Assembly: GCA_050304175.1 (NCBI GenBank)
Contig: JBNLDE010000219.1
Coordinates: 11,545 to 75,544, forward strand
Reading direction: 5' to 3'
Length of the DNA stretch: 64,000 nucleotides
From: Zhengella sp.
Lineage (GTDB): Bacteria > Pseudomonadota > Alphaproteobacteria > Rhizobiales > Rhizobiaceae
Below, one piece after another: positions 28,036-38,320 of this stretch. A model generated the notes under the pieces. It saw only the letters and a list, made by a program, of their open reading frames with translations, was not told the origin of the DNA and did no database searches. Numbering within the stretch: the first letter of the stretch is position 1; each line of letters opens with the position of its first letter. Both the position numbers and the translations under genes were made by a program.

Positions 28036-28461
28036 TTATGGTGCCGGATCGAGGCCGCCCATGCGGCAGATTTCGCGCCATTCATCGGCACTGACCGGCT
28101 GGACCGACAGGCGTGAATTGGTGACCAACGCCATGTTCGCCAACTTTGGATTGGCTTTGATCTCTGCCAGTGTCACCGGGTTCGGCATGTCGCGCACCGC
28201 ACGTATGTCGACGCATTCCCAGCGCGGATCGTCGGTGGTGGAATCGGGGTGAACCTCGTTGCACACCTCCACGATACCGACGACCGCCAGACCTTCGTTG
28301 GAATGATAGAAGAAACCCTTATCGCCCAGTTTCATGGCGCGCATATTGTTGCGTGCCTGGTAGTTTCGCACGCCGTCCCATTGTTCACCTGCCGCGCCCT
28401 TGTTCTTCTGGGCGTCCCAGGACCACTTGAACGGCTCCGACTTGAACAGCCAGTAATTCAT
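28036..28461 (-). CDS. EVE (PUA-like) domain protein
   Basis: MNYWLFKSEP..WSWD........WDGVRNYQARNNMR.MK.GD..FFYHS... is the EVE-domain signature. Confidence 0.85.
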   Translation of the reverse strand: MNYWLFKSEPFKWSWDAQKNKGAAGEQWDGVRNYQARNNMRAMKLGDKGFFYHSNEGLAVVGIVEVCNEVHPDSTTDDPRWECVDIRAVRDMPNPVTLAEIKANPKLANMALVTNSRLSVQPVSADEWREICRMGGLDPAP

Positions 28462-28488
28462 GACGGTGCATTCTCCCGATTCGGCGTG

Positions 28489-29478
28489 TCAGACATTTTC
28501 GGATTTCAGCGGACGCGACAAGAGAGCGTCTACGGCTTCGAGTACCGTTACTTTCCGGCCGAGCACCGCCGAGACAACTTCGACGATCGGCGCATCGATT
28601 CCGTGTCGGCGGGCCAGTTTTCCGGCAATTCCAGCTGTCGCCACGCCTTCGGCGAGCGGGCGGTTCGCAAGGTCCTCGCCGGCGCCCAGTGCCTGGCCAT
28701 AAGAGAAGTTGCGCGACTGGGCAGAGCCACAGGTCAGGATCAGGTCGCCCAGACCAGACAGGCCCATCAAGGTTTCCGGGCGGGCGCCAAATGCAGCGGC
28801 GATACGGCGCATCTCGACAAAGCCGCGGGTGACCATCGCCGCCTGTGCGCTGGCTCCAAGCCCGGCACCGGCCACGGCGCCGGCCGCGATCGCCAGCACG
28901 TTCTTGAGCGCGCCGCCGATTTCCACACCCGTGATGTCGTCGGTGGAGTAGCAGCGGAATGCCGGCGCACTCAGCAGGACCGCGAGACGGACCGCGAGAT
29001 CGCTATTTGCAGCAGCCACCGTCACCGCCGTTGGCAAGCCGCGGGCCACGTCGACTGCAAAACTTGGACCCGACAACGCCGCCGGCGGGTTCGAAGGCAG
29101 CAATTCGGCCGTGATCTCGGAAAGCAGCTTGCCGGTCGTGCTCTCGATGCCCTTGGCGCACACCACGACGGGGACGCCTTCGCCGACGCGGTCCCGCAGG
29201 CTGACGAGCAGTTTTCGCGTCGATTGCGCGGGAACGACGGCAAGGATGCAGGTCGCATCCGACAAGGCTTTGTCGAGATCGTCAGTCGCCGTCAGGGCGG
29301 CGTCCAGCCCGATACCGGGCAGGTAGCGGGGGTTTTGGCGGGTCGTATTGAGGCTTTCGACGATTTCCGGGTCGCGCGCCCAAAGTACGGGATCGTGACC
29401 GGCGCGAACCATCGTAGCCGCGAGGGCCGTACCCCAGGCGCCGCCCCCGAGCACCGCAATGCGCTGTTGCGTACTCAC
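28489..29478 (-). CDS. gpsA: NAD(P)H-dependent glycerol-3-phosphate dehydrogenase
   Basis: [14 protein letters not shown] Rossmann motif, NPRYLPG, and the GLGDLILTC...SRN motif. The GTG start at 29478 overlaps the tsaD stop (GTGA). The longer track ORF upstream would run through tsaD. Confidence 0.92.
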   Translation of the reverse strand: MSTQQRIAVLGGGAWGTALAATMVRAGHDPVLWARDPEIVESLNTTRQNPRYLPGIGLDAALTATDDLDKALSDATCILAVVPAQSTRKLLVSLRDRVGEGVPVVVCAKGIESTTGKLLSEITAELLPSNPPAALSGPSFAVDVARGLPTAVTVAAANSDLAVRLAVLLSAPAFRCYSTDDITGVEIGGALKNVLAIAAGAVAGAGLGASAQAAMVTRGFVEMRRIAAAFGARPETLMGLSGLGDLILTCGSAQSRNFSYGQALGAGEDLANRPLAEGVATAGIAGKLARRHGIDAPIVEVVSAVLGRKVTVLEAVDALLSRPLKSENV

Positions 29479-30584
29479 GCTTTCACACCCCTGCGGCCGG
29501 CCCCGATTCGCGGCGTCGCGCCGGTGTCGAGCGGCCAGCGCGCCCGCGGCGAAAAATGCATGGCGTCGAGGGGTGCCAATCCGGCACGAAGGCGTTCGAT
29601 ACCTGCCCAGGCTATCATCGCGCCATTGTCGGTGCACAAGTTGAGGGGCGGTGCAGCGAAGTGGAACCCGTGATCGCGGCAGGCGGCTTCGAGCATCGTG
29701 CGGATGGCTTGGTTGGCAGCAACCCCGCCGGCTACCACAAGGGCGGGTTCAGCGTGCCCTGGAAACGTTTCGCGGAAGCGGTTGAGGCTTCTCTTGATCC
29801 GGTCTTCCAGCGTTCGCACAACTGCGTGCTGGAACGAGGCGCATATATCGGCGACGTCGTTATCGCCGAGCGGCGCAATCTCGCTCGCCGCCTGACGCAC
29901 AGCGGTCTTGAGCCCGGAAAACGAGAAATCCAGCCGCGCCTCGCCGTGAAGCGGGCGCGGAAAGGCAAAGCGGGCGGTATCTCCCGAAACCGCCGCGCGC
30001 TCGACGCTCGGGCCGCCGGGATACGGCAAGCCGAGCAATTTGGCGGTTTTGTCGAAAGCCTCCCCCAGGGCGTCGTCGATGGTCGTCCCCCAGCGTTCGT
30101 AATCTCCGACCCCACGCACCAACACAACCTGGGTGTGGCCACCCGAGACGAGCAGCAACAGATACGGGAATTCGCGGGCGTCGCCGGTCAACCGAGCCGT
30201 CAGGGCGTGACCTTCGAGATGATTGACAGGCAGCAGCGGTTTGCCGGTTGCCGCAGCCATGGCTTTCGCGGTCATCAGCCCGACGATCAGGCCGCCGATC
30301 AACCCGGGGCCAGCGGTAACGGCAATGGCATCGATGGCCTGGAGCGGCGTGCCAGCCTTCGCCAGGGCGGTCGCGACGATGTCGTCCAGCGCTTCGACAT
30401 GGGCGCGCGCGACAATCTCGGGAACGACACCGCCAAAGGCCGCGTGATCGGCGATCTGGCTCAGAACGATATCGGAGCGGATCTCCGGTCCAGCCGGTAC
30501 CGACCACGAGACGACGGCCGCGGCGGTCTCGTCGCAGCTTGTCTCGATGCCAAGTACAGTCAGTCGGTCGGTGGCCAGGTCCAT
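29475..30584 (-). CDS. tsaD: tRNA N6-adenosine threonylcarbamoyltransferase TsaD
   Basis: [24 protein letters not shown] and LLVSGGHT motifs of the Kae1/TsaD family. Confidence 0.95.
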   Translation of the reverse strand: MDLATDRLTVLGIETSCDETAAAVVSWSVPAGPEIRSDIVLSQIADHAAFGGVVPEIVARAHVEALDDIVATALAKAGTPLQAIDAIAVTAGPGLIGGLIVGLMTAKAMAAATGKPLLPVNHLEGHALTARLTGDAREFPYLLLLVSGGHTQVVLVRGVGDYERWGTTIDDALGEAFDKTAKLLGLPYPGGPSVERAAVSGDTARFAFPRPLHGEARLDFSFSGLKTAVRQAASEIAPLGDNDVADICASFQHAVVRTLEDRIKRSLNRFRETFPGHAEPALVVAGGVAANQAIRTMLEAACRDHGFHFAAPPLNLCTDNGAMIAWAGIERLRAGLAPLDAMHFSPRARWPLDTGATPRIGAGRRGVKA

Positions 30585-30660
30585 GATTGCCGCAGCGCGC
30601 TTATCCCGTTAGACAGGCGTGGAAAAGAACGAAAGAACCGCCTAGCACGGACGTCCCTCA

Positions 30661-31590
30661 ATGCAAACAGAGCCCCTGAAAATCGGCACGCGCGGCAGCG
30701 AACTGGCGCTGGCCCAGGCCCGCGAGACGCGGGCGCGCCTGATGGCCGCACATGGCCTGGCGGAGACCGACTTCGAGATCGTAGTCATATCCACCAGCGG
30801 CGACCGGATTCAGGACAGGCCGCTGAGCGAAGCCGGCGGCAAGGGGCTGTTTACAAAGGAAATCGAGGAGGCGTTGCTCGACGGCCGGATCGACGTTGCG
30901 GTGCACTCGTCGAAGGACATGCCGACTGCGCTGCCTGACGGACTTTACCTGTCTGCCTTTCTCGAACGCGAGGATCCGCGTGACGCATTTATCGGACGCA
31001 CCGCCAGATCGATCGGCGAGCTTCCGCCGGGCGCCACCGTCGGTTCGTCCTCGCTGCGCCGCCAGGCGCTGATCCGCCACATGCGGCCAGATATCAACGT
31101 CGTGATGTATCGCGGCAATGTGCAGACGCGGCTGCGCAAGCTGGAGGAAGGTCAGGTCGACGCGACGTTGCTGGCCAACGCCGGTTTGCGGCGGCTCGGT
31201 CTCGCCCACGTCATAACCGACCTGATGGCGCTCGATACCTTTCCGCCCGCTCCGGGCCAGGGCGCGATTTGCATCGAATCGCGGACGGCAGACGCCCGGG
31301 TCGATGCCATGCTGGCGGCGATCGACCATGCGCCAACCCGACATGCGCTTGCCTGCGAGCGGGCGTTTCTAGCTGCGCTGGACGGTTCCTGCCGTACGCC
31401 GATCGCCGGCCATGCGAAACTGGACGGCGCGACGATCCGGTTCGATGGCATGATTCTCATGCCGGACGGTTCGCAAGTGCACAGCGTCAGCGATTCAGGG
31501 CCCGCGGCGGACGCGGCGTCGATCGGCCGGCGTGCTGGGGAAGACGTGCGCGCGCGCGCTGGCGAGTCGTTTTTCGAAGGCTGGTCGTGA
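30661..31590 (+). CDS. hemC: Hydroxymethylbilane synthase (porphobilinogen deaminase)
   Basis: [24 protein letters not shown]...[24 protein letters not shown], and the cofactor Cys in LDGSCRTPI. Confidence 0.95.
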   Translation: MQTEPLKIGTRGSELALAQARETRARLMAAHGLAETDFEIVVISTSGDRIQDRPLSEAGGKGLFTKEIEEALLDGRIDVAVHSSKDMPTALPDGLYLSAFLEREDPRDAFIGRTARSIGELPPGATVGSSSLRRQALIRHMRPDINVVMYRGNVQTRLRKLEEGQVDATLLANAGLRRLGLAHVITDLMALDTFPPAPGQGAICIESRTADARVDAMLAAIDHAPTRHALACERAFLAALDGSCRTPIAGHAKLDGATIRFDGMILMPDGSQVHSVSDSGPAADAASIGRRAGEDVRARAGESFFEGWS

Positions 31591-32310
31591 ATGGCGCGCC
31601 GCCTGCTCGTCACACGTCCGGAGCCCGGCGCATCCAAAACGGGCGAACGCCTTCGGACCCTTGGCTTCGATCCGGTCATACTGCCTTTGACCGAAATCGT
31701 TCCGTATCGGCCTGCGCCGGTCGATGATGCCGAATTCGAGGCGATCGCAGTCAGTTCCGCAAATGCGTTTCGCTATGCGCCAGACGATCTGACTGCGCGG
31801 CTCGGCAGGTTGCCATGCCATGCGGTTGGCAGCGCAACGGCGAGCGCGGCACGCAAGGCCGGATTTGTTGACGTTCTTGATGCAGGCGGAGATGGCGAAG
31901 CCCTTGCCGCCGTACTTTGCCGGCAACTCGGCGCCGGTGCGCGCGTTGCCTATTTGTGCGGTCGGGTGCGGACACCCGCGCTCGAGCAGACCCTCGAGAA
32001 TTGCGGGATAGCGGTTACCGCATTTGAGACATATGACACGCGAAAAGTCAGTTACCTGACTGACGCTTTTAGCCGCACGTGCGGCACAGTTGAACTCGAT
32101 GGCGTGCTTGTCTATTCCGTTGCCGGTGCGGACGCTGTCGCGGACTTGGTAAGACGGTCGGGTCTTGCGCAATACTTTGAAAGTACAACTTTTTTTTGCC
32201 TATCAAAGCGAATTGCATCGGTTCTTTCCGACAAGGGGATGCAAGAAATTAAGGTGTCCAAGGCCCCGACAGAGGCTGCGTTGTTTGATCTCCTGCGCAA
32301 CACGCTTTGA
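31591..32310 (+). CDS. hemD: Uroporphyrinogen-III synthase
   Basis: RLLVTRPEPGASKTGERLR.LGF.P..LPL is a HemD-like N-terminus. It starts immediately after the hemC stop. Confidence 0.85.
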   Translation: MARRLLVTRPEPGASKTGERLRTLGFDPVILPLTEIVPYRPAPVDDAEFEAIAVSSANAFRYAPDDLTARLGRLPCHAVGSATASAARKAGFVDVLDAGGDGEALAAVLCRQLGAGARVAYLCGRVRTPALEQTLENCGIAVTAFETYDTRKVSYLTDAFSRTCGTVELDGVLVYSVAGADAVADLVRRSGLAQYFESTTFFCLSKRIASVLSDKGMQEIKVSKAPTEAALFDLLRNTL

Positions 32311-32418
32311 GCTCCTCCCCATTTCGAGCCTTTGACGCAGAAACCTATATGCTATCAGAAAACAGGGTCGGCGCAGACAAACGCGGACTGACAATTGTAT
32401 CCACAGCGGAGTCCCTGC

Positions 32419-33924
32419 ATGGCCAAGACGCCCGGCAAACGCCATTCCGGTTCGAACAAGGAGCCGGTGACAATCGATCTCGCCAGCGATGACATCAAAC
32501 ATATCGACGACGCCTCGACCACCGAAAGCGATACGACGGAGTCCGATCTGGCTGCGCAGGACAACGGCGCCGGCGAGCCGGCTTCCACCGCCGATGAAGA
32601 CGCGATGGCTGAAGACCGCGAAGACGCTGCAAGCGATGACGTGGCCGTCGGCGCTTTACGTCCGGCAGAAACGCCGTCTTCGGAAGCAGACGAAGAGACC
32701 GAATTGACGCGCGCGGCACAGGACTATGGCGCCGGCGACGCAGGCGAGTCCGGAGCCGAATCGGAATCCGTGGAAGCGCAAACCGAGGAAAAGGGTAGTG
32801 TTGCGCCAGGCCAGCCGCAACAAAGGTCCGGTGTGTTTCCCGCAATCGGCGGCGGTATTGTCGGCGCACTGATCGCCGCGGCGGCAGTTTACGGTGCATC
32901 CTATGCCGGGTTGATCCCGACGGGGACAGGCGGAAACAGGGCAGAGGTCGAGCAACTGAAGACCGAACTCGCCACCATGCGCGACCAACTGACGACGGGT
33001 GAAACCGCGTCGAAGGAGGCTCCGGCCGGCGTAGCCCAAGCACTCGAAGAAGCGCGCGGCGGGATCGATTCGCTGACGCAATCGATCGCCACGCTGCAGC
33101 ACGATCTGGCCGATCTCAAGCAGGCGGTTTCTTCCGGCAATGCAGGCTCCGGGACCGGTGCACTGTCCGAAGCATCGGCCGCAAGGCTGGCCGACCTGGA
33201 AAACAGGATTGGAGCAATTGATGAGGCGGTCGAAACCCTGAAACAGGCGGCGGCGGATGCTTCCGGCAAGGCGAAGGAAGCGGCTAACATGGCCGCGAAA
33301 GCGGCCGGTACAGCCGACCAGGCGGCCACCGCCGCCAACGAGGCAGGCGGCCGAATCGCGGCGCTGGAAACCAGGATCTCCGATCTTGCTGGAAAAGTGT
33401 CGGAGGGATCCGGGCAGGAACAGGTGGCGCGCGCGGTTGCCGCAACAGCACTCAAGTCGGCGATCGATAGGGGAGCACCTTTCATGGGCGAACTGGAGAC
33501 CTTCGCTTCAGTTGCCGGCGCTTCTGAGGCTATCGATTCCCTGCGTGGAATGGCGGCCGGCGGCGTTCCCACCCGTGGCGAGATATCTGAGGAAGCTCCA
33601 GCCGCCGCTTATGCGATGATCGAGGCCGGGCAAGCGCCACCGTCGGATGCAAGCTTGCTTGATCGTCTGACGGCAAGTGCGAAATCCCTGATCAAGGTGC
33701 GGCCGACCGGGAATGTCGAGGGCGAAAGCGTGGCCGCGGTCGCGGCCCGGATCGAGGCGGCCGTCAAGCGCGGCGACTATGCCAAGGCGCTCGACGAATA
33801 TGACGGATTACCCGACGCGCCGAAACGGGCCGGTGCCAGCTTTGCCACCAAGGTCAAGGCCCGCATGGAAGCCGACCTGTTGGTCGAAGACGTGCTGTCA
33901 TCAGCCCTGAACCCGCAGAATTGA
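32419..33924 (+). CDS. Mic60/mitofilin-like inner-membrane protein (HemX position), with a long acidic N-terminal extension
   Basis: A single TM segment (FPAIGGGIVGALIAAAAVYGA) lies at about aa 150. It is followed by a long Ala/Glu coiled-coil region and a C-terminal mitofilin-like block (APFMGELE...LLDRL....SLIKVRP......AVAARIEAAVKRGDYAKAL.EYDGLP). It sits between hemD and a HemY-like gene. The ATG at 32419 has GCGGAG upstream. Confidence 0.7.
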   Translation: MAKTPGKRHSGSNKEPVTIDLASDDIKHIDDASTTESDTTESDLAAQDNGAGEPASTADEDAMAEDREDAASDDVAVGALRPAETPSSEADEETELTRAAQDYGAGDAGESGAESESVEAQTEEKGSVAPGQPQQRSGVFPAIGGGIVGALIAAAAVYGASYAGLIPTGTGGNRAEVEQLKTELATMRDQLTTGETASKEAPAGVAQALEEARGGIDSLTQSIATLQHDLADLKQAVSSGNAGSGTGALSEASAARLADLENRIGAIDEAVETLKQAAADASGKAKEAANMAAKAAGTADQAATAANEAGGRIAALETRISDLAGKVSEGSGQEQVARAVAATALKSAIDRGAPFMGELETFASVAGASEAIDSLRGMAAGGVPTRGEISEEAPAAAYAMIEAGQAPPSDASLLDRLTASAKSLIKVRPTGNVEGESVAAVAARIEAAVKRGDYAKALDEYDGLPDAPKRAGASFATKVKARMEADLLVEDVLSSALNPQN

Positions 33925-33934
33925 GGACCGGCCG

Positions 33935-35656
33935 ATGATTCGCATTCTTTTCTTCCTCGTTGTCGTTTTCGCGCTTGGGCTCGGTTTTGCCTGGCTGGCC
34001 GACCGGCCGGGCACGATGGTTGTCGAATTCCAGGGCATGGAATACCAGGTCACACTGCTTGTCGCGGCGGTCGGAGTCGTCGCCGTCGTTGTGGCGGTCA
34101 TGCTGTCGTGGTGGGTACTTAAAAGCTTGTGGAACAGCCCGCGTGCCGTGTCGCGCTACTTCCGTGCGCGCAAGCGCGACCGTGGCTACCAGTCGCTGTC
34201 GACCGGGATGATCGCGGCCGGCGCAGGTGACGCGGAACTGGCACGGCGAATGAACAAACAGGCGCTGCAGAATCTCAGCTCGGATCAGGAGCCGCTGATC
34301 CATTTGTTGGAGGCGCAGACCCTTCTGCTTGAAGGCGATACATCAGGCGCCCGCAAGAAGTTCGAGGCAATGCTCAATGACCCGGAAACCCGGGTGCTGG
34401 GCCTGCGCGGCCTCTATCTGGAAGCCCAGCGCGAAGGAGAGCCGGCGGCGGCTCGCCACTATGCCGAGCAAGCCGCGCACGAGGCGCCGCAACTCGGTTG
34501 GGCCTCCAATGCGGCGCTCGAAGCGCGCGTCGCCGAGGGCGACTGGGACCAGGCCCTGCGACTGCTTGAGCGCCAGGGCTCGACCAGGCAGATCACCAAG
34601 GAAGCGGCCAACCGAAGGCGTGCCGTTCTGCTGACGGCACGGGCGATGGAACAACTCGATGCGGATCCGACAAACGCGCGCAACGCGGCGCTCGAAGCGG
34701 TGAAGCTTACGCCGGACCTGGTGCCAGCCTCGATCACGGCGGCGAAGGCGCTGGTACGGCTCAACGATTTCCGCAAAGCGGCCAAGGTGCTGGAAGCCAT
34801 CTGGAAGAAGGAACCGCATCCGGAGGTTGCGCAGACCTATCTGCATCTACGCCCCGGCGATTCAGCCCATGACCGCCTGAAAAGGGCCCGCAAGCTCGAG
34901 TCACTGAGGACCTACAATCCGGAATCGTCGATGGCGGTTGCGCGAGCCGCCTATGAGGCCGGCGAATTCGACGAGGCGCGGCGCGCGATCGAATCCGCGC
35001 TCAAGCAGCAACCGCGCGAAGGAGCGTACCTGCTCCTCGCCGACATCGAGGAAGACGAGACCGGCGACCAGGGCCGGATCCGTCATTGGCTTGGCCAGGC
35101 GGTGCGTGCGCCTCGCGATCCGGCCTGGACCGCGGATGGCTATATCTCGGAAAAATGGGCGCCGTTTTCGCCCGTCACCGGCAAGATCGATGCGTTCGAA
35201 TGGCGCGTTCCGGTCGAAAGGATAACACCCGCGATCGAAGCCGGGGAACCGGAAGAGGGCGAGCCGGCTATTCCCGCGATTCCGATCATGGTTCCAGCGG
35301 CGCCCGCGATAGACAAGACCGAACCGCCAGTTGATGTGGAAGTGATGCAGGAGACAGGCGGAATATCCGACGAATCGACTGTCATGGCTGCCGGCTCCGA
35401 CGATGAACAGGCAATGGAATCGGCCGAAACGGCCGAAGCTCCGGCGGGCGAAGGTGCTGCCGATCGAAAGGCGCCACTGGCGCCGGAAGGGGAAGGTCCT
35501 TCAGGGGAATCCGAAATGGTCGAGATTCTGCCGCCGGATATTGCAGCCGAGAAGAAGAAGGTAGCGGAAAAGGAGATCCACCCGCAGCCGGACGACCCGG
35601 GCGTCGATCCGAACCGGGCTCCAACGGAACCGACGTCCCGTTTCCGCCTGTTCTGA
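33935..35656 (+). CDS. HemY N-terminal-domain/TPR protein
   Basis: MIRILFFLVVVFALGLGFAWLADRPG and a second TM segment match HemY_N. TPR-like repeats follow, then an acidic Pro-rich tail. Confidence 0.85.
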   Translation: MIRILFFLVVVFALGLGFAWLADRPGTMVVEFQGMEYQVTLLVAAVGVVAVVVAVMLSWWVLKSLWNSPRAVSRYFRARKRDRGYQSLSTGMIAAGAGDAELARRMNKQALQNLSSDQEPLIHLLEAQTLLLEGDTSGARKKFEAMLNDPETRVLGLRGLYLEAQREGEPAAARHYAEQAAHEAPQLGWASNAALEARVAEGDWDQALRLLERQGSTRQITKEAANRRRAVLLTARAMEQLDADPTNARNAALEAVKLTPDLVPASITAAKALVRLNDFRKAAKVLEAIWKKEPHPEVAQTYLHLRPGDSAHDRLKRARKLESLRTYNPESSMAVARAAYEAGEFDEARRAIESALKQQPREGAYLLLADIEEDETGDQGRIRHWLGQAVRAPRDPAWTADGYISEKWAPFSPVTGKIDAFEWRVPVERITPAIEAGEPEEGEPAIPAIPIMVPAAPAIDKTEPPVDVEVMQETGGISDESTVMAAGSDDEQAMESAETAEAPAGEGAADRKAPLAPEGEGPSGESEMVEILPPDIAAEKKKVAEKEIHPQPDDPGVDPNRAPTEPTSRFRLF

Positions 35657-35752
35657 GCGATGCCGGGATCGCGCCATGGGAAAGGTTCCATTCGCCAAAC
35701 CGATACGATAGATAACGAGGACCCCGACAGATCCTGAGACGCACCGCACTCC

Positions 35753-36253
35753 ATGTTTGATCGTATTGCCGGATTCTTGCAGCGACTGGGTGACGGCCCC
35801 GCCAGCGACCGCCAGTTGACAGCCGATGATGCGCGCGTGGCGGCCGCTGCGCTGATGTATCATGTCATGGACGCAGACGGCGAACGGCGCGATGAGGAAA
35901 AGCGGGAACTCGTCCAGTCCATTGCGCAGGCATACGATCTGGAAGGATCGGAACTGAGCGCGGTTCTCGCCGCGGGCGAGGCAGCCAACAACGATGCCGT
36001 CGATCTCTATGCGTTTACGCGGGTGATCCTGCGCGACCTCGACGAACAGGCGCGGATAGAATTCATCGAGATCATGTGGGAGGTCGTTTATGCCGACGGG
36101 ATCCTGCACGAGCTCGAGGACAACACCGTCTGGCGTGTGGCCGAACTGATCGGGGTATCGAACCGCGACCGTGTATTGTCGCGCCGCAGGGTCGCTAGCC
36201 GGCGCGGCGTGGCGCTGCCGACGGACGATGAAGGCCCGGATGACCGAGAATAA
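35753..36253 (+). CDS. TerB-family (tellurite-resistance-like) protein
   Basis: AAAALMYHVMDADGERRDEE...FIEIMWEVVYADGILHELEDN.VWRVAELIGV is a TerB-like helical pattern. Confidence 0.8.
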   Translation: MFDRIAGFLQRLGDGPASDRQLTADDARVAAAALMYHVMDADGERRDEEKRELVQSIAQAYDLEGSELSAVLAAGEAANNDAVDLYAFTRVILRDLDEQARIEFIEIMWEVVYADGILHELEDNTVWRVAELIGVSNRDRVLSRRRVASRRGVALPTDDEGPDDRE

Positions 36254-36953
36254 GGAAAAAATCCTGGTCGTCCTACATCAGGAACATTCCAGCCCTGGCC
36301 GCGTGGGCCAGATATTACGCGAACGCGGCCATGTCCTCGATATCCGCCGCCCACCGCTTGGCGATCCCCTGCCCGAGACCCTGGAAGACCACGCCGGCGC
36401 CGTCGTTTTCGGCGGACCGATGAGCGCGAACGATCCGGAAGACTACGTCCGCCGCGAAACCGAATGGCTGAAGGTGCCGCTTAAAGAGGACAAGCCGTTT
36501 CTGGGGATCTGCCTTGGCGCGCAAATGCTGGTCAATCATCTGGGCGGCCGGGTCGAGGGCCGGGCCGATGGACATGTCGAGATCGGCTGGTATCCGTTGG
36601 AGGCGACCCCCGAAGGCGAGGCGCTGATGGACTGGCCGGAGATGGTCTACCAGTTCCACCGCGAGGGATTTTCCCTGCCGCACGGCGCGACGTTGCTGGC
36701 GCGGGCGGATGCCTATCCCAATCAAGCGTTCCGCTATGGGGACAATGCCTGGGCAATCCAGTTCCACGCGGAGCTGACGCGGGTGATGATGCACAAATGG
36801 GTGGTGCGCGGCGCGCACCGTTTCGTGCTGCCCGGCGCACAGCAGGGCCGCGACCACCTGGAAGGCCGGCTCGTCTGGGATGACCGGTTGAGGGCCTGGC
36901 TCGGCGAATTTCTCGCCACCGTATTTCATATGCGCGACCAGAACGCTGTCTAG
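36240..36953 (+). CDS. Class I glutamine amidotransferase (GMP-synthase-like GATase1 domain)
   Basis: KILVVLHQEHSSPGRVG, the nucleophile elbow GICLGAQML, and WAIQFHAE (His-Glu). The ATG at 36240 overlaps the terB-like stop by 14 nt. An alternative ATG is at 36228. Confidence 0.85.
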   Translation: MTENKEKILVVLHQEHSSPGRVGQILRERGHVLDIRRPPLGDPLPETLEDHAGAVVFGGPMSANDPEDYVRRETEWLKVPLKEDKPFLGICLGAQMLVNHLGGRVEGRADGHVEIGWYPLEATPEGEALMDWPEMVYQFHREGFSLPHGATLLARADAYPNQAFRYGDNAWAIQFHAELTRVMMHKWVVRGAHRFVLPGAQQGRDHLEGRLVWDDRLRAWLGEFLATVFHMRDQNAV

Positions 36954-36980
36954 ATGGTGTCCATCCCGAAGCGAAACGCG

Positions 36981-38222
36981 TCAACTGCGGCCGTCGAGAT
37001 GGCGGGCGTGGCGCAATTGCGGAAATAGCCAGGCCCACAGGCCTGCGACACCGACGGCCCCGATACCACCGAAAACGACCGCCGGAACCGTGCCGATCAA
37101 TGCCGCCATGGTGCCGGCGCGGAATTCGCCAAGTTCATTGGACGCGCCGACGAAAACCATGTTGACGGCATTGACCCGTCCGCGCAGCCGGTCGGGCGTC
37201 CACAACTGGATCAGCGTTTCACGGACGTAAACGCTGATCATGTCGGCGGCGCCGAGCGCGGCGAGCGCGGCGATCGAAATCCAGGCAATGGTCGAAAGCC
37301 CGAAAATCGCAGTGAACACGCCGTAGAGGCCGACGAATAAAAACATGACCAGCCCGGCGTGATCACGTACTGGATGGCCAGTCAGCCAGACCGCCATTGT
37401 TACGGCGCCGACACCGGGCGCGGCGCGCAACAGGCCAAGTCCTGATGGCCCGAGTACCAGGATGTCGCGGGCATAGACCGGCAGCAGCGCGACCGCGCCA
37501 CCCAAAAGGACGGCAAACAGATCGAGGGAGATCGCGCCAAGCACGATCTTTTCGCGCCGGATGTAGCTGAATCCGGCAAACACGGTCGACAGCGTAGGTC
37601 GCTCGGTCTCGCTGTGCTGTGCTGGTTTGGGGATGGACATCACGAGTAGACTGGCGGAAAGCATCATCGCGGTCGCGACTCCAAAGGCCGCCTCCGCCGA
37701 CAATCCGTAAAGCAATCCGCCAGCGACAGGTCCGACGATGTTTGCCGTTTGCCAGGCGGAGGAGTTCCAGGCCACCGCGTTTGCGAAATCCTCGGCCGGT
37801 ACGAGATTGGCCACCAGCGAGGCGGCGGCCGGGGCCAGAAAGGCGCGTGCGATGCCGAATATCGCGAGAAGGCCGAAGATCGGTGTCGGACTAGCAAGAC
37901 CGCGCCAGGTAAGCCACAGAAGGATGATCGCGCAGACGGCTTCGAGAAGCGCGGACAGACCCATGATCAGCCGCCGCCCGAAACGGTCGGCGACAGAACC
38001 GGTGACAAGCACCAGCAGGAGCGACGGCGCAAACTGGGTCAATCCGACAAGGCCAAGATCGAAAGGATCGCGGGTCAGGTCATAGATCTGCCAGCCGACG
38101 GCGACCGACACGATCGCGGTGGAAAACGTGACCAGGAACCGCGACGCCCAGAACCGCAAATAGGCGGTGTGGCGAAAGGCGGCAAAGCGGTCTCCCGTCG
38201 GGGAAGGGTTGGCGACGGTCAT
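36981..38222 (-). CDS. MFS transporter
   Basis: 413 aa, about 12 TM segments, with the GSVADRFGRR motif in loop 2-3. Confidence 0.9.
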   Translation of the reverse strand: MTVANPSPTGDRFAAFRHTAYLRFWASRFLVTFSTAIVSVAVGWQIYDLTRDPFDLGLVGLTQFAPSLLLVLVTGSVADRFGRRLIMGLSALLEAVCAIILLWLTWRGLASPTPIFGLLAIFGIARAFLAPAAASLVANLVPAEDFANAVAWNSSAWQTANIVGPVAGGLLYGLSAEAAFGVATAMMLSASLLVMSIPKPAQHSETERPTLSTVFAGFSYIRREKIVLGAISLDLFAVLLGGAVALLPVYARDILVLGPSGLGLLRAAPGVGAVTMAVWLTGHPVRDHAGLVMFLFVGLYGVFTAIFGLSTIAWISIAALAALGAADMISVYVRETLIQLWTPDRLRGRVNAVNMVFVGASNELGEFRAGTMAALIGTVPAVVFGGIGAVGVAGLWAWLFPQLRHARHLDGRS

Positions 38223-38320
38223 CGGGTGATCCGTTTCATCAAGCGGGCCGGCGCGCCGGACAGCGGCAAAGGGCCTGTTGCGATAGCGTGTATCGACCTT
38301 CCGGAAAAGGGCGAACTTGC

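Noticed and set aside
28249-29673. 474-aa plus-strand ORF
   Set aside because: It is antisense to the EVE gene, gpsA and the end of tsaD. It has no motifs and is a shadow ORF.
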